A stretch of DNA of 64,000 nt, taken from positions 10,357-74,356 of the IMG/VR virus record IMGVR_UViG_3300025886_000011. One strand, 5' to 3'. The position numbers and the translations under genes are program-made. Each line of letters opens with the position of its first letter. Positions within the stretch are counted from its first letter, which is position 1. Of this stretch, positions 18,867 to 28,669 are shown one piece after another. Below the pieces are notes generated by a model. The model did no database searches, was not told the origin of the DNA, and saw only the letters and a list, made by a program, of their open reading frames with translations. The DNA is from a virus.

Positions 18867-20526
18867 AAAGGTAGAATTTAAAAACTTTGCAAGCTACGGC
18901 AACCGTACACAAGTAATAGAATTTGACAAAGATAAAAGTGATCTTTATTTAGTACTAGGTGGAAATGGCGCAGGTAAAAGTACATTAGCAAAAGTTATAA
19001 CTTACTTATGTTATGGTAAAGTAGAAGGATCAACATTAAAAGATTTACCGAATAGAGTAAACGGTGCTCTTTGGGGTAAGATCCATTTAGAATCTAAAAA
19101 CAATACCGTTGAAATAGAAAGAGGAATTAATCCTGGTATTTTTAATGTTAAAATAAATGGATCTGAATATGATGTTGCAGGTAAAGTAAACTTACAAGAT
19201 TTTCTAGAAACAGAAATTTATGAAATCCCTTATCATGTATTTAAGAATGTAATTATTTTATCTGTAAATGATTTTAAGTCTTTTATTACAATGTCTCCTT
19301 ATGATAAGAAAAGAATCATTGATAAGATATTTGGATTTTCTATTATTAATGAAATGGCTGAAGCCGTCAAAGAAAAGAGAAGATCTATTATTGAGGAGAT
19401 CCGAACATATGACGATGAAATAAGAACTCTTAATGAATCAATAGAATCTGTAATCGATAAGATAAAGCATTTTGAAAAGGTTAGTAAAAATAAAGATGCT
19501 AAAAAGATTAAAGTTCTTAAAGAAAAGCTATTGCAGTTAAATGAAAATAGAAAAAAGTTAAAAGAGCTTACATCTGCAACAAAAATTAACTTAGAAAAAT
19601 TAGATGAAAATTCAAGAAAGCAAAACAATAAAAAATCAACATTAAACTCTAAGATTAACACTGTTAAGAAAGAACTTAAGCTATATGAAAACAATGAATG
19701 TCCTACTTGTACAGCCCCTCTTAATTCTGATTTTCATTTAGATATTAAAAAAGAAAAACAAGATTCTTTAGATTTATTATTTACTGAATGGAATCAAATA
19801 AAAGACGATGCAGAAAAAGCAGAGACTGAATTAACTGATCTTAGACAAAAAGGTAGAAAGATACATGTTAAAGTTGGTCAGTTAGAAACTCAGATGGAAG
19901 CCATTAAAGATAAGTTAATTGAAATGGCTGATAAAGATGAATCAGAATCTGGATCTCATCTTAAGCAATTAGTAAAAGATTTTAAAACTAGAAAGGACGA
20001 TAAATCTACCGGTAAACTAAAGAGTGAAGGCCAGGATTATTACTTAACTATCTTAGAAAACATTATGGGTGAAAATGGAATTAAGAACTTAGCAGTAAGA
20101 TCTATACTCCCCTCCTTTAATAACCACATCCAATTAATGGGGAGAGAGATGGGAATACCGTTTGGTATTAGATTTAATGAAAAGTTTTATTGTTCTCTCC
20201 ATCATTTAGGAACGGAGATTAGTCCTAAGACACTAAGTACAGGTGAAAAGAAAAAGGTTGATTTTGTAATTATCATGGCTTTAATAAAAATGATTAAGGT
20301 TAGATTCCCATCACTAAACATTTTATTTTTAGATGAAATCTTCTCTTCTATTGACTCTGATGGTGTACACCATATAATTAACATACTTCATAATACAATA
20401 CAAGATATCGGCCTCAATACCTTTGTTATCAATCATACGGTTTTACCAAGTGAATATTTTGATAAAAAGATTGAAATAACTAAAGATGGTGGCTTTAGTG
20501 AATTTAACATTGAATCTATTGGATAA
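18856..20526 (+). CDS. gp46: Rad50/SbcC-like ATPase
   Basis: GGNGAGKST, coiled coil with CPTC zinc hook, LSTGE signature, LDEIFSSID. Confidence 0.93.
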   Translation: MKIKKVEFKNFASYGNRTQVIEFDKDKSDLYLVLGGNGAGKSTLAKVITYLCYGKVEGSTLKDLPNRVNGALWGKIHLESKNNTVEIERGINPGIFNVKINGSEYDVAGKVNLQDFLETEIYEIPYHVFKNVIILSVNDFKSFITMSPYDKKRIIDKIFGFSIINEMAEAVKEKRRSIIEEIRTYDDEIRTLNESIESVIDKIKHFEKVSKNKDAKKIKVLKEKLLQLNENRKKLKELTSATKINLEKLDENSRKQNNKKSTLNSKINTVKKELKLYENNECPTCTAPLNSDFHLDIKKEKQDSLDLLFTEWNQIKDDAEKAETELTDLRQKGRKIHVKVGQLETQMEAIKDKLIEMADKDESESGSHLKQLVKDFKTRKDDKSTGKLKSEGQDYYLTILENIMGENGIKNLAVRSILPSFNNHIQLMGREMGIPFGIRFNEKFYCSLHHLGTEISPKTLSTGEKKKVDFVIIMALIKMIKVRFPSLNILFLDEIFSSIDSDGVHHIINILHNTIQDIGLNTFVINHTVLPSEYFDKKIEITKDGGFSEFNIESIG

Positions 20527-20529
20527 ATA
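20522..20529 (+). promoter_or_regulatory. Late-type promoter (gp15)
   Basis: GATAAATA. Confidence 0.55.
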
Positions 20530-20551
20530 GAATATAAACAAAGTCTAATAG

Positions 20552-21508
20552 ATGTCAGCATATAACCAAGAATTTAATAAAGATAATACTATACTTCGGT
20601 ATCTAACCGTAGGTATGCTAGCCGAGCTTAGTAAAAAGGTATATTATTATAATCAAATAGATGAAGATACCTTAAAGAAAATTGAAGTACCTTTCTTCTA
20701 TTCTATATCTGGTAACGAAAGATTTCTTTTAGATAATTTTATGTTTGACGCAGAAAAGGAAGGTAAGGCTATTGGCGATTATGAAGTAGTACCTCGTGGT
20801 ATTATACAGATGAATTCAATGTCGATTAACGCAGATGAACAAACTAATAAATTTACAAGAGCTGAATTTGTAAGAGAATGGGATGGTATGCTAAAGACAT
20901 TTTCTTTAATGACCAATTTTTTACCAATTACTATAGGATTTGGTGTAACTATAATATGTTCTAATAATTTAGAAATGTTAAAGGTTACTGATTCTATTAT
21001 GAGTAAATTATATAAAGGTACTTTATTTAATGTAGATTTAGGTATGTTTAGAGTTAATGCCTCAATGTCAGTACCAGAAGACTTTTCACAGGATAGGTTA
21101 TTTGAATGGGGATTAAATGACAAGAAAGAATTTCAAGTTACTTTTGATATGGAACTAAAATCGTTTATGCCAGTATTTGAAAGTGGTATATTATTACCTG
21201 AAATTGATTTTATTACTAAACAGGCCATAAAATCAAATCCTAACGCTTCAGGCGTTGGTCAATTAAGATCTGATAGTAATGGAAATATGGGAATTTATTT
21301 TGGAGGTGTATTTCAAGAGTTTAAATTTACTGATGATAATATAAAAGTTGCACCAGACACGGCGGTTATGAGCAACGAATCATATAATAATATCTCAAGT
21401 AAAGAAGTAGGTGGGCCTTATGATGAAAGAACTATTGATACGTCACCACCATCAGAAGAATCCCAATCTAGTAAGTCTTACAGAAATGCTAATAATGATG
21501 AAGGATAA
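20552..21508 (+). CDS. gp15: Tail sheath stabilizer / tail terminator (gp15-like)
   Basis: IEVPFFYS..ERFL and VPRG..MNSM motifs; late promoter. Confidence 0.65.
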   Translation: MSAYNQEFNKDNTILRYLTVGMLAELSKKVYYYNQIDEDTLKKIEVPFFYSISGNERFLLDNFMFDAEKEGKAIGDYEVVPRGIIQMNSMSINADEQTNKFTRAEFVREWDGMLKTFSLMTNFLPITIGFGVTIICSNNLEMLKVTDSIMSKLYKGTLFNVDLGMFRVNASMSVPEDFSQDRLFEWGLNDKKEFQVTFDMELKSFMPVFESGILLPEIDFITKQAIKSNPNASGVGQLRSDSNGNMGIYFGGVFQEFKFTDDNIKVAPDTAVMSNESYNNISSKEVGGPYDERTIDTSPPSEESQSSKSYRNANNDEG

Positions 21509-21526
21509 TTAACTCTAAGTTCTTAG

Positions 21527-21534
21527 AATATATA
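21527..21534 (+). promoter_or_regulatory. Late-type promoter (658-aa protein)
   Basis: AATATATA. Confidence 0.6.
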
Positions 21535-21555
21535 AAACAAATCAAATTCTATAAT

Positions 21556-23532
21556 ATGGAAAAAGTTATTAAAGAAGGACAAACACAAGTTTACTCAGGT
21601 GGTTCAATAGACCGTCAATATGGTGTTAATACTGATGCTCCTTACCTTAATATGCCACCTCAGCAATTAATTGATATTGTTGGTGTTTTATTTGCACAAA
21701 GCGGTAAAACTAAACTAGATGGTAAAAACGGTAAAGTAGTTGAAAGTGGACCAATGACGGATTCACAAGTACTTGCAATTCTTGTAGGTATGGGAACTCC
21801 TCAACAATTAGCAATGAGTGCTATCAACGCCTTCAAAGGAAATCAACCAGAAATTACAGAAAATAATAATAAACAAAAAAATCATAACGAAATGAAATTT
21901 ACAATTGCTGAACTGCATGAAAATGTTATGAAGAGTATTGAAGCTTTAAAGGTAATGAATTCGGATAATTCCAGAGTTTCCTATTCTGCTAAAAACGCTC
22001 TTGACATTTTACAAGAATCTTTAAAGGCATTCCCTATGAGATTCAACAACGAAGAAACTGAAGTTATCAGTGAAGAAATAGAAAACAGTGTTAACCCTAT
22101 GTTAAAGTTTAACATTGCTAAGAACCTTCATAAAAGCTTGGCATCTTCAGATTGGTTAAATCCAATACACGAATTAAGATCTTATATCACAGGAGCTTAT
22201 GCCGATACTAAATGGTCATTCAGGGTAACTGAAGCGATCGCTCGTACACAAACACAAAAAGGTAAGATGTTTGAAGGATTAGTAAATGACCTAGAAGGTT
22301 TATTAAATGAATCTTCTGATACTATTAAATCTAAGTTTTCTGCTGTGGCTGCAAAAAATCCATGGTCAATGGATTGTAAAGCTATTTTAAATGAAATGAA
22401 AGCTGAAGATAATAAAGCTTCTGAAAATGGAAGTGGAACTATTTCTACAATTCTTTCACCAGTTTTAGAATCAGAAAATGGATTAACATTCCACTTACAT
22501 GGAAAGAATTATAATTTTGATGGAAAAACAATTACTGAAGCTGAAGTTAAAGATGCTAGATTCTTCGATGTATTAGAAGGACTAGGAATGTTTAAGAACA
22601 TGAATAATACTTTAGTTACTTTCGGTGAAGGTAATGATAGAACGTTAGAATACAATTTAACTGAAGGTACTATTAAATTAGGAAAGACTGATTTATCAAA
22701 TGCTAGTATAATTGAATTAAAAGAATCTTTAATGGCTCTTAACTTTTTCGGTTACAGAAATCAATGGAAAATTGATAAAGTATGTAAATTCTTTGAATCT
22801 GTTGATCTTCTTGCTGAAATGGATAACTTTACAAACATTACTTCAAATGAATTTGCAAATTTATTCTTAACTATGATTAATGTAAACGAAGGAGTTTATG
22901 TAAACAAAGTTAATTCTGCAATGCACGTAAATGAAATGGTATTTGTATCATCTGCAACAGAGACAGTTAAATTAGTTAAAGAATTTATTAATTATGATCC
23001 TTCTCCAATATTATCAGAAAAATTAATTGCTGAAAATAATGAAGTTGCTAAAGTTGAAAAATCAAGATCTGATATCTCAGATAAAATTTCATTTTTAGAA
23101 GAAAAGAAAGCAAAAGTAAAAGAAGCTATTAATAAGCTTGGTGAAACTGAAGAACTTACAGAAGCAATGAATCTTTTAGAAGAAGAAATTTCTAAGTTTG
23201 AAAAATCTTTACAAGAAACTTATGATAAGGTTGTATTAGGTGGTAATAAAGGCGATAAGTCTAAAACACATGATGGCGAAGATTTTGAAGAAGAAGATGA
23301 AAAGAAAGAAGAAGCAGTAACAGAAAAAAAAAGTCGTAACGATTATTTAAACGACGGTTTTGTTGAAGCTGAAATTAATAAAAACGGTAATGGTCTTAGA
23401 AAAGGCCAGGAAGTTATGGTAAGTGCCGAGGATTATACTTCTCTTGGTGATGATGATTCATTAGAATGTATTGATCCAAAAAATGGAAAAACTACAATCT
23501 GTCCTAAAGGTCAACTTAATGTTAAGATTTAA
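21556..23532 (+). CDS. Late acidic helical protein, possible prohead core component
   Basis: Late promoter; E/N-rich with repeated (I/L)xE motifs (LQES, LNES, VLES, LKES). Confidence 0.45.
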   Translation: MEKVIKEGQTQVYSGGSIDRQYGVNTDAPYLNMPPQQLIDIVGVLFAQSGKTKLDGKNGKVVESGPMTDSQVLAILVGMGTPQQLAMSAINAFKGNQPEITENNNKQKNHNEMKFTIAELHENVMKSIEALKVMNSDNSRVSYSAKNALDILQESLKAFPMRFNNEETEVISEEIENSVNPMLKFNIAKNLHKSLASSDWLNPIHELRSYITGAYADTKWSFRVTEAIARTQTQKGKMFEGLVNDLEGLLNESSDTIKSKFSAVAAKNPWSMDCKAILNEMKAEDNKASENGSGTISTILSPVLESENGLTFHLHGKNYNFDGKTITEAEVKDARFFDVLEGLGMFKNMNNTLVTFGEGNDRTLEYNLTEGTIKLGKTDLSNASIIELKESLMALNFFGYRNQWKIDKVCKFFESVDLLAEMDNFTNITSNEFANLFLTMINVNEGVYVNKVNSAMHVNEMVFVSSATETVKLVKEFINYDPSPILSEKLIAENNEVAKVEKSRSDISDKISFLEEKKAKVKEAINKLGETEELTEAMNLLEEEISKFEKSLQETYDKVVLGGNKGDKSKTHDGEDFEEEDEKKEEAVTEKKSRNDYLNDGFVEAEINKNGNGLRKGQEVMVSAEDYTSLGDDDSLECIDPKNGKTTICPKGQLNVKI

Positions 23533-23550
23533 TTAACTTTCACTTTATAG

Positions 23551-23587
23551 AAAAGCCGGTAGTAATAATAAACTATCGGCTTTTTTT
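23551..23587 (+). terminator. Rho-independent terminator overlapping the gp55 promoter
   Basis: AAAAGCCGGTAGT-aataataa-ACTATCGGCTTTT(TTT). Confidence 0.85.
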
Positions 23588-23595
23588 GTATATAA
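23569..23595 (+). promoter_or_regulatory. Middle-type promoter (gp55), embedded in a terminator
   Basis: TAAAC-N16-ATATAA(TAATAA). Confidence 0.7.
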
Positions 23596-23615
23596 TAATA
23601 AATAAACATTATGAA

Positions 23616-23981
23616 ATGGCAAGAAAAAGAAATTATTTAAACAATAGAGATCTTTTAGAAGAAATAGTTAAATCTAAAGAATTAGATGAACTAACACCAA
23701 AAGCATTAGAATTCCTAATGTTATTAGCAGACAAATGTTCTAGAAAATTATCATACGCAAACCCTGACGATAGACAAGACTGTATAGCATCTGCTTATAT
23801 GGATTTGTTTAAATATTGGAGAAATTTTAATCCAGAAAAATCAACTAACGCATTTGCGTATTTTACTGAAATATGTAAAAGAGGTTTTGCAAAAGGTTGG
23901 AATAAATTACATCCTAGAAAATATGCAGGTACTGTTTCTATTAACGGTAGTGCTGATAGTGACGGTATTTATACAATATAA
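23616..23981 (+). CDS. gp55: Late-transcription sigma factor (gp55-like)
   Basis: NYLNNRDLL, DCIASA, NFNPEKSTNAFAYFTEI motifs; start moved to ATG 23616. Confidence 0.88.
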   Translation: MARKRNYLNNRDLLEEIVKSKELDELTPKALEFLMLLADKCSRKLSYANPDDRQDCIASAYMDLFKYWRNFNPEKSTNAFAYFTEICKRGFAKGWNKLHPRKYAGTVSINGSADSDGIYTI

Positions 23982-23988
23982 ATTTTAA

Positions 23989-24465
23989 ATGAGCATTAAA
24001 AAGGTAAAGCCTACTTCTAAGTCTGGATTTAAGCAAGGGTATTATAATCCTATTAATCCAAGAAAGTACATTGGGGAGCATCCAATCATATATAGAAGTA
24101 GCTGGGAGCGAAAGTTCTGCCATTGGTGCGATCATAATGAAGAAGTAATAAAATGGGCATCTGAGCCGTTTTCGGTAAAATATTTTAATATGTTGGATAA
24201 AAAGTTTCATAACTATTATCCAGACTTTTATATGAAAATGGATAAAGGTGGAATAATGGAAGAATTTGTTGTAGAGATAAAACCAAAGGCCCAGTTACAA
24301 AAACCAAAAGCACCAAAAAGAAAAACCGCAAAGGCATTAAAAAACTTTCAACATGGATATGAAACATATGTTAGAAACCTTTGTAAAACCGAAGCATTAA
24401 ATAAAATGGCTAAACTAAGAAATTTTAAAGTAATGCTTTTAACAGAAGACTCAAAATTATTCTAA
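23989..24465 (+). CDS. gp4: Head completion nuclease (gp4, TnsA-like)
   Basis: YRSSWERKFCHWCD, WASE, YYPDFY, VEIKP. Confidence 0.9.
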   Translation: MSIKKVKPTSKSGFKQGYYNPINPRKYIGEHPIIYRSSWERKFCHWCDHNEEVIKWASEPFSVKYFNMLDKKFHNYYPDFYMKMDKGGIMEEFVVEIKPKAQLQKPKAPKRKTAKALKNFQHGYETYVRNLCKTEALNKMAKLRNFKVMLLTEDSKLF

Positions 24466-25040
24466 TGGCAATAGTAGGATCCTTTCAAGAAGACTTAGAT
24501 ATTTACCTTGCAGATTATAAAGGTAGAGCTGGTGCATCAAAGCAATCAGATAAAGATCTCAAAAAAATTGGTAATAAAGCAAAAGGTATATTGGATAATG
24601 GTAAAATGTATTCATTTGAATATTTTACCCCAGATGAAACTTTTTATGATACTTACCCTTTAGTGTTAGGTTTAGGAAAAAGTGATAATGATCATCAGTT
24701 AGGTTTAAATTTACATTACATCCCGTATGATGCTAGATTACCTTTTTTATCTGATGTATTTAAATCATTCAAAAGTACTATAAGTTCTGCAATAAATAAG
24801 TCACCAGGTAATCCTGATGCACAGCCTAGATTAAGTGAATTTACTTATGACAATTTAAAAAAATCATTAGGTAGAAAATATAATGTTACTTATGCTATTA
24901 GACAATATAGATTAGATAGAATAAGAAAACCGAGGATGTTAGGTTATGAAGATTGGTATATAGGTGCTGTTAACAATCAAAATCATTTCTTTGGAGGAAA
25001 CATTAACGAGGCACAAGCATTATATTACAAGAATATATAA
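24465..25040 (+). CDS. gp2: DNA end protector (gp2-like)
   Basis: MYSFEY, YDTYPLV, GLNLHYIP motifs; adjacent to gp4. Confidence 0.8.
   Translation: MAIVGSFQEDLDIYLADYKGRAGASKQSDKDLKKIGNKAKGILDNGKMYSFEYFTPDETFYDTYPLVLGLGKSDNDHQLGLNLHYIPYDARLPFLSDVFKSFKSTISSAINKSPGNPDAQPRLSEFTYDNLKKSLGRKYNVTYAIRQYRLDRIRKPRMLGYEDWYIGAVNNQNHFFGGNINEAQALYYKNI
25032..25039 (+). promoter_or_regulatory. Late-type promoter (portal)
   Basis: AATATATA. Confidence 0.6.
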
Positions 25041-25060
25041 ACAATAAAAGATAAAACAAT

Positions 25061-26707
25061 ATGGCAGGTTTTACTGATAGAAGAGGACCCTTAAGTACAG
25101 GCAATCCAGTAAGGAAGATTTTAAAAGATCTTTCTAATTTAGGTATGGCTTACGATGATATGATCATTCGTAATTCCCGTGCAGTAGGGTTTACAGAAAA
25201 TCAAATGGGTTATACATTTAATCCAATGGGTTCTGATGCTGATGATATATATAGCGCATTTGCTGCATTATCATTAACGGATACTACAATGAAAAAGAAT
25301 ATCTCTATATTTGATAGAGATTATGAAAGAAAGCGAGATCAACTTAGAGAATACGCAGTACAAGATGAGATAGAAGATATCTTAGATGTAATTACAGATG
25401 AGGCTATTGTATTTGATGAATCTAATTTTATGGCATACTCTGATTTTCATGGACATATTGCAAGTTCTATTGAAGATGAAATTGGTGATGTATATAATAA
25501 CCTTTATAATTATTTTGGTTTTAATGATTCGGTTCAGCCTTGGAATTATTTTAGAAAATTTTTAGTAGATGGATTCCTTGCTTTTGAAATAGTATATAAT
25601 GATAAGCAGACAGAGATTATAGGATTTAAGGAATTAGACCCTATTTCCTTAATGCCAGGTATTGATACTGACACTGGAAAGAAGCAATGGGTACAATATA
25701 AAGGACAAGGTGCAAAGGAAAGAAAGTTATGGGATTCACAAATCATATACCTTTCATATTCACAAGTTAATTCACCAATGAGAATATCTTATGTAGAAAG
25801 ATTAATAAGATCATTTAACCTTTTAAGAATTATGGAAACAACTAGAATTATCTGGGCTGTTTCAAATTCTTCATTTAAAACTCAGTTTATTATACCTGTT
25901 GGTGGTAAATCAAAAACTAGAGCAAAGCAATCACTTGCACAGTTAATGAATTCATACAGAGAAGTAGTAGATTTTAATCAAGAGAGCGGTGAAATTCAAA
26001 CTAATGGAAAACCAATGATGCCATTTAATAAGGAATATTGGTTACCTTCTAAAGATGGTGAATCTCCAGAGATTAGTACAATTGGTGGTGATGGACCAGA
26101 TCTTGGTGATACAGAATCTCTTAAGTATTTTGCAGATAGATTAAAATTAGCATCTAAGATACCATTTTCTAGGTTTGATAAAGAAGGTGGTAATACTTAT
26201 GATATGGATGCTAGCGGAATGTTAAGAGATGAAATTAAATTTTCTAAATTCGTTGATAGGTTAAGATCTATATTTCAAGAGATATTAGTTAAACCTATGT
26301 ATCTTCAAATGTGTATTAATCATCCTGAATTAACAAATGATATTTCTTTTAAATCTGGATTAGGACTTAATTTTGTTAAGGATAACGTGTTTGAGGAAAT
26401 GAAAGAAATGGAATTACAAACAAAACGAGTCGATTTTATAGGTAACCTAAAAACTCAGTTAAGTACTATGACAGCAGAAATGGAAGAAATTCCATACTTC
26501 GATTTAGGATTCTTGGTTAAGAGATATGGCGGCTTTACTCGTGAAGATTTAAAGGCTAATGCCAGAGCAAAAGAAAGAGCTGATTTAGAGAAAGAGAATT
26601 ATTCAGAAAAGGATATTGAAAAGATCCTTTTAGGTGCTGATAAGGCAGATTTTAAACCGGAAAAGAAAGAAGGTGCAGCAGATGAGGATCCATTAGCAGA
26701 CCTCTAA
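25061..26707 (+). CDS. gp20: Portal protein
   Basis: EIEDILD.ITDEAIV, F.VDG, SYVER.IR.FNLLR..E, EYWLP..DG, LPGG-like IGGDG, DE.KF.KFV.RLR..F. Confidence 0.93.
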   Translation: MAGFTDRRGPLSTGNPVRKILKDLSNLGMAYDDMIIRNSRAVGFTENQMGYTFNPMGSDADDIYSAFAALSLTDTTMKKNISIFDRDYERKRDQLREYAVQDEIEDILDVITDEAIVFDESNFMAYSDFHGHIASSIEDEIGDVYNNLYNYFGFNDSVQPWNYFRKFLVDGFLAFEIVYNDKQTEIIGFKELDPISLMPGIDTDTGKKQWVQYKGQGAKERKLWDSQIIYLSYSQVNSPMRISYVERLIRSFNLLRIMETTRIIWAVSNSSFKTQFIIPVGGKSKTRAKQSLAQLMNSYREVVDFNQESGEIQTNGKPMMPFNKEYWLPSKDGESPEISTIGGDGPDLGDTESLKYFADRLKLASKIPFSRFDKEGGNTYDMDASGMLRDEIKFSKFVDRLRSIFQEILVKPMYLQMCINHPELTNDISFKSGLGLNFVKDNVFEEMKEMELQTKRVDFIGNLKTQLSTMTAEMEEIPYFDLGFLVKRYGGFTREDLKANARAKERADLEKENYSEKDIEKILLGADKADFKPEKKEGAADEDPLADL

Positions 26708-26728
26708 TAAAAACTCTACAGAGATTGT

Positions 26729-26736
26729 AATATATA
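26729..26736 (+). promoter_or_regulatory. Late-type promoter (protease and MCP)
   Basis: AATATATA. Confidence 0.6.
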
Positions 26737-26756
26737 AATCAAATAACTACTAGAAA

Positions 26757-28562
26757 ATGTCAGGAAAAAAATTATTAATTCTTGAAAGGCAAAAATCAAA
26801 TTTAGATATAACGACCGGAGATGACGGTTCTGTTGTATTGGAAGGTGTATTTACCGAGTTTGATGTCAAGAACAAGAATAACCGAATTTATGAGGAGAAG
26901 GAAGTAATGCCTCACATTAATGAATTACAAGAAAAGGTTAAGACCAATAAACTTCTAGGTGAATTAGACCACCCAAAAGATTTTGATGTTAGTTTAGCTA
27001 ATGTATCACATGTAGTAGAATCTTTAGACTATGATAAAGATAAGAAGCAAGTTATTGGTAAAATAAGATTACTAAATACTTCTAAAGGTAAAGAAGCTCA
27101 GGCTCTTATCAAAGATGGTATTCCTTTACATATTTCAAGTAGAGCTGCTGGTACAGTAGATGAAAATGGTAAAGTTAAAATTAAAAAGTTTTTTACTTAT
27201 GATCTGGTTGCAGATCCTGGTTTCGAGAATGCTGAACTATCCAGAGTAAATGAATCTTTTGGCCTAAGTAATGATGATGGAATATTGATTTACGAAATGG
27301 AAGAAACTGAAAATAACAACGATAATAAAAAAGATCTAACAATGGAAAATAAAAACTATGTATCCGTCGAAGATTTTCAAAAGTATACTGAATATGTATC
27401 TGGAGTTCTAAGTAATGTTAAAGAATCTACTAATTCTAACAATGATGAGGTAATGGAAAAACTTATTAAGTACACCGAGCATATTGCAGAGAAAGTAAAT
27501 CAGGTTACTGATTATGCTGAATACTTATCAGAAAATTTAGACAAAAATATTTCTTACTCTGACTACTTAGCAGAGAATGTAAATTCAATTAAAGATTATG
27601 CTACATACTTAGCTGAAGAGCTTGATGGTAGTATTCAATATGCAGAGCATGTTGCTGAGATGGCTGACAAAGGAATTCAATATTCTAACTATGTTGCTGA
27701 AAATGTAGAAAAGAGTATTGATTATTCAGAATATGTAGCTGAAAAGGTTGATCAGAATATTGCTTATTCTGAATATCTTGGAGAAAATGTAGATAAGAGT
27801 ATTAAGTATTCTGAATACATTGCCGAAAACATTAATACCCCAAATGCTAATTCAATCAACGAAGGAACTGTTAATGAATACGGTAAAATGGAAGGTGCAA
27901 CTCCAACAATGGAAGAAGTTTCAAAATGCATGGACGAAGGTATGACTTATGAACAAGTATGTGAAAAGTATCCAGATGCTGATAAAGGCAAATTAAAAGA
28001 AATGTGTGAATCATGTGGTAAAACTCATGAGACTGTAGATTATAAAAATTCTATTGAAGAAAAATTAGAAAAGTTAATTGCAGCTGCTGAAGTTAAGAAT
28101 GTATCTGAAATGCACTTTATGAACTTCTTAGGAGAATCTAAAAAGAATGAATTTAATTCTTTATCAACAGAGAAGCAAGCTATGATTGTAGAATCAATGA
28201 ATGCTAAACCAATTATGTCAACTATACAAGCTGAAAATATTTGGGAATCTAATTTTATTGAAAAGAAAAGAGAATTAGATGTTGTTTCTGATATGCCAGA
28301 AAAATTCCAAGAAAAATGGAATAACCTTTCTGAAAATAGAAAAAACCAAATTATTTCTGAATCAAGGTTCCATCCTGTAAATAATCAATATGGAATTAAT
28401 AACTTCTGGTCAACAAGAGATCTAAGAGATACTCAAATTGTAACAGAATCTATTAATGAAAGTAAAACTGCTGCTGAGTCTGCAGCTACTAAAGAGCCAT
28501 TAATAAATGAATCTTTTAGAAGTGACTTAGTAGAAAAAATGAAATTCAGATTAGGTAGATAA
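26757..28562 (+). CDS. gp21: Prohead protease fused to a scaffold/core domain with nine 14-aa repeats
   Basis: LEGVF..KNKNNRIY, LGELDHP, VSH and ISSRAAG.V (gp21); C-terminal Y.EY(L/V)AE repeats. Confidence 0.9.
   Translation: MSGKKLLILERQKSNLDITTGDDGSVVLEGVFTEFDVKNKNNRIYEEKEVMPHINELQEKVKTNKLLGELDHPKDFDVSLANVSHVVESLDYDKDKKQVIGKIRLLNTSKGKEAQALIKDGIPLHISSRAAGTVDENGKVKIKKFFTYDLVADPGFENAELSRVNESFGLSNDDGILIYEMEETENNNDNKKDLTMENKNYVSVEDFQKYTEYVSGVLSNVKESTNSNNDEVMEKLIKYTEHIAEKVNQVTDYAEYLSENLDKNISYSDYLAENVNSIKDYATYLAEELDGSIQYAEHVAEMADKGIQYSNYVAENVEKSIDYSEYVAEKVDQNIAYSEYLGENVDKSIKYSEYIAENINTPNANSINEGTVNEYGKMEGATPTMEEVSKCMDEGMTYEQVCEKYPDADKGKLKEMCESCGKTHETVDYKNSIEEKLEKLIAAAEVKNVSEMHFMNFLGESKKNEFNSLSTEKQAMIVESMNAKPIMSTIQAENIWESNFIEKKRELDVVSDMPEKFQEKWNNLSENRKNQIISESRFHPVNNQYGINNFWSTRDLRDTQIVTESINESKTAAESAATKEPLINESFRSDLVEKMKFRLGR
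27468..27830 (+). repeat. Nine tandem 42-nt / 14-aa coding repeats (YxEY[LVI]AE)
   Basis: First repeat Tyr at 27471 and last at 27807, a span of exactly 8x42 nt. Confidence 0.85.
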
Positions 28563-28578
28563 TCTAATCTAAAAGATA

Positions 28579-28640
28579 TTAATCGAATGGTTAAGAAGAA
28601 AAGAACCGAGGCGATTAAATAAACGGAATTGAAAGATTCC
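28579..28640 (+). promoter_or_regulatory. Structured leader upstream of the major capsid gene
   Basis: TTAATCG..GGTT/AACC..CGATTAA interrupted stem (28579-28618) and GGAATT-GAAA-GATTCC GNRA hairpin (28625-28640). Confidence 0.5.
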
Positions 28641-28669
28641 ACAATAATGCGAAAAATAATTTTTAAAAA

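Noticed and set aside
27468-27830. 42-nt periodicity as a CRISPR array or DNA-level repeat
   Set aside because: Conservation is at the amino-acid level with divergent codons inside an ORF; there is no identical repeat-spacer structure.
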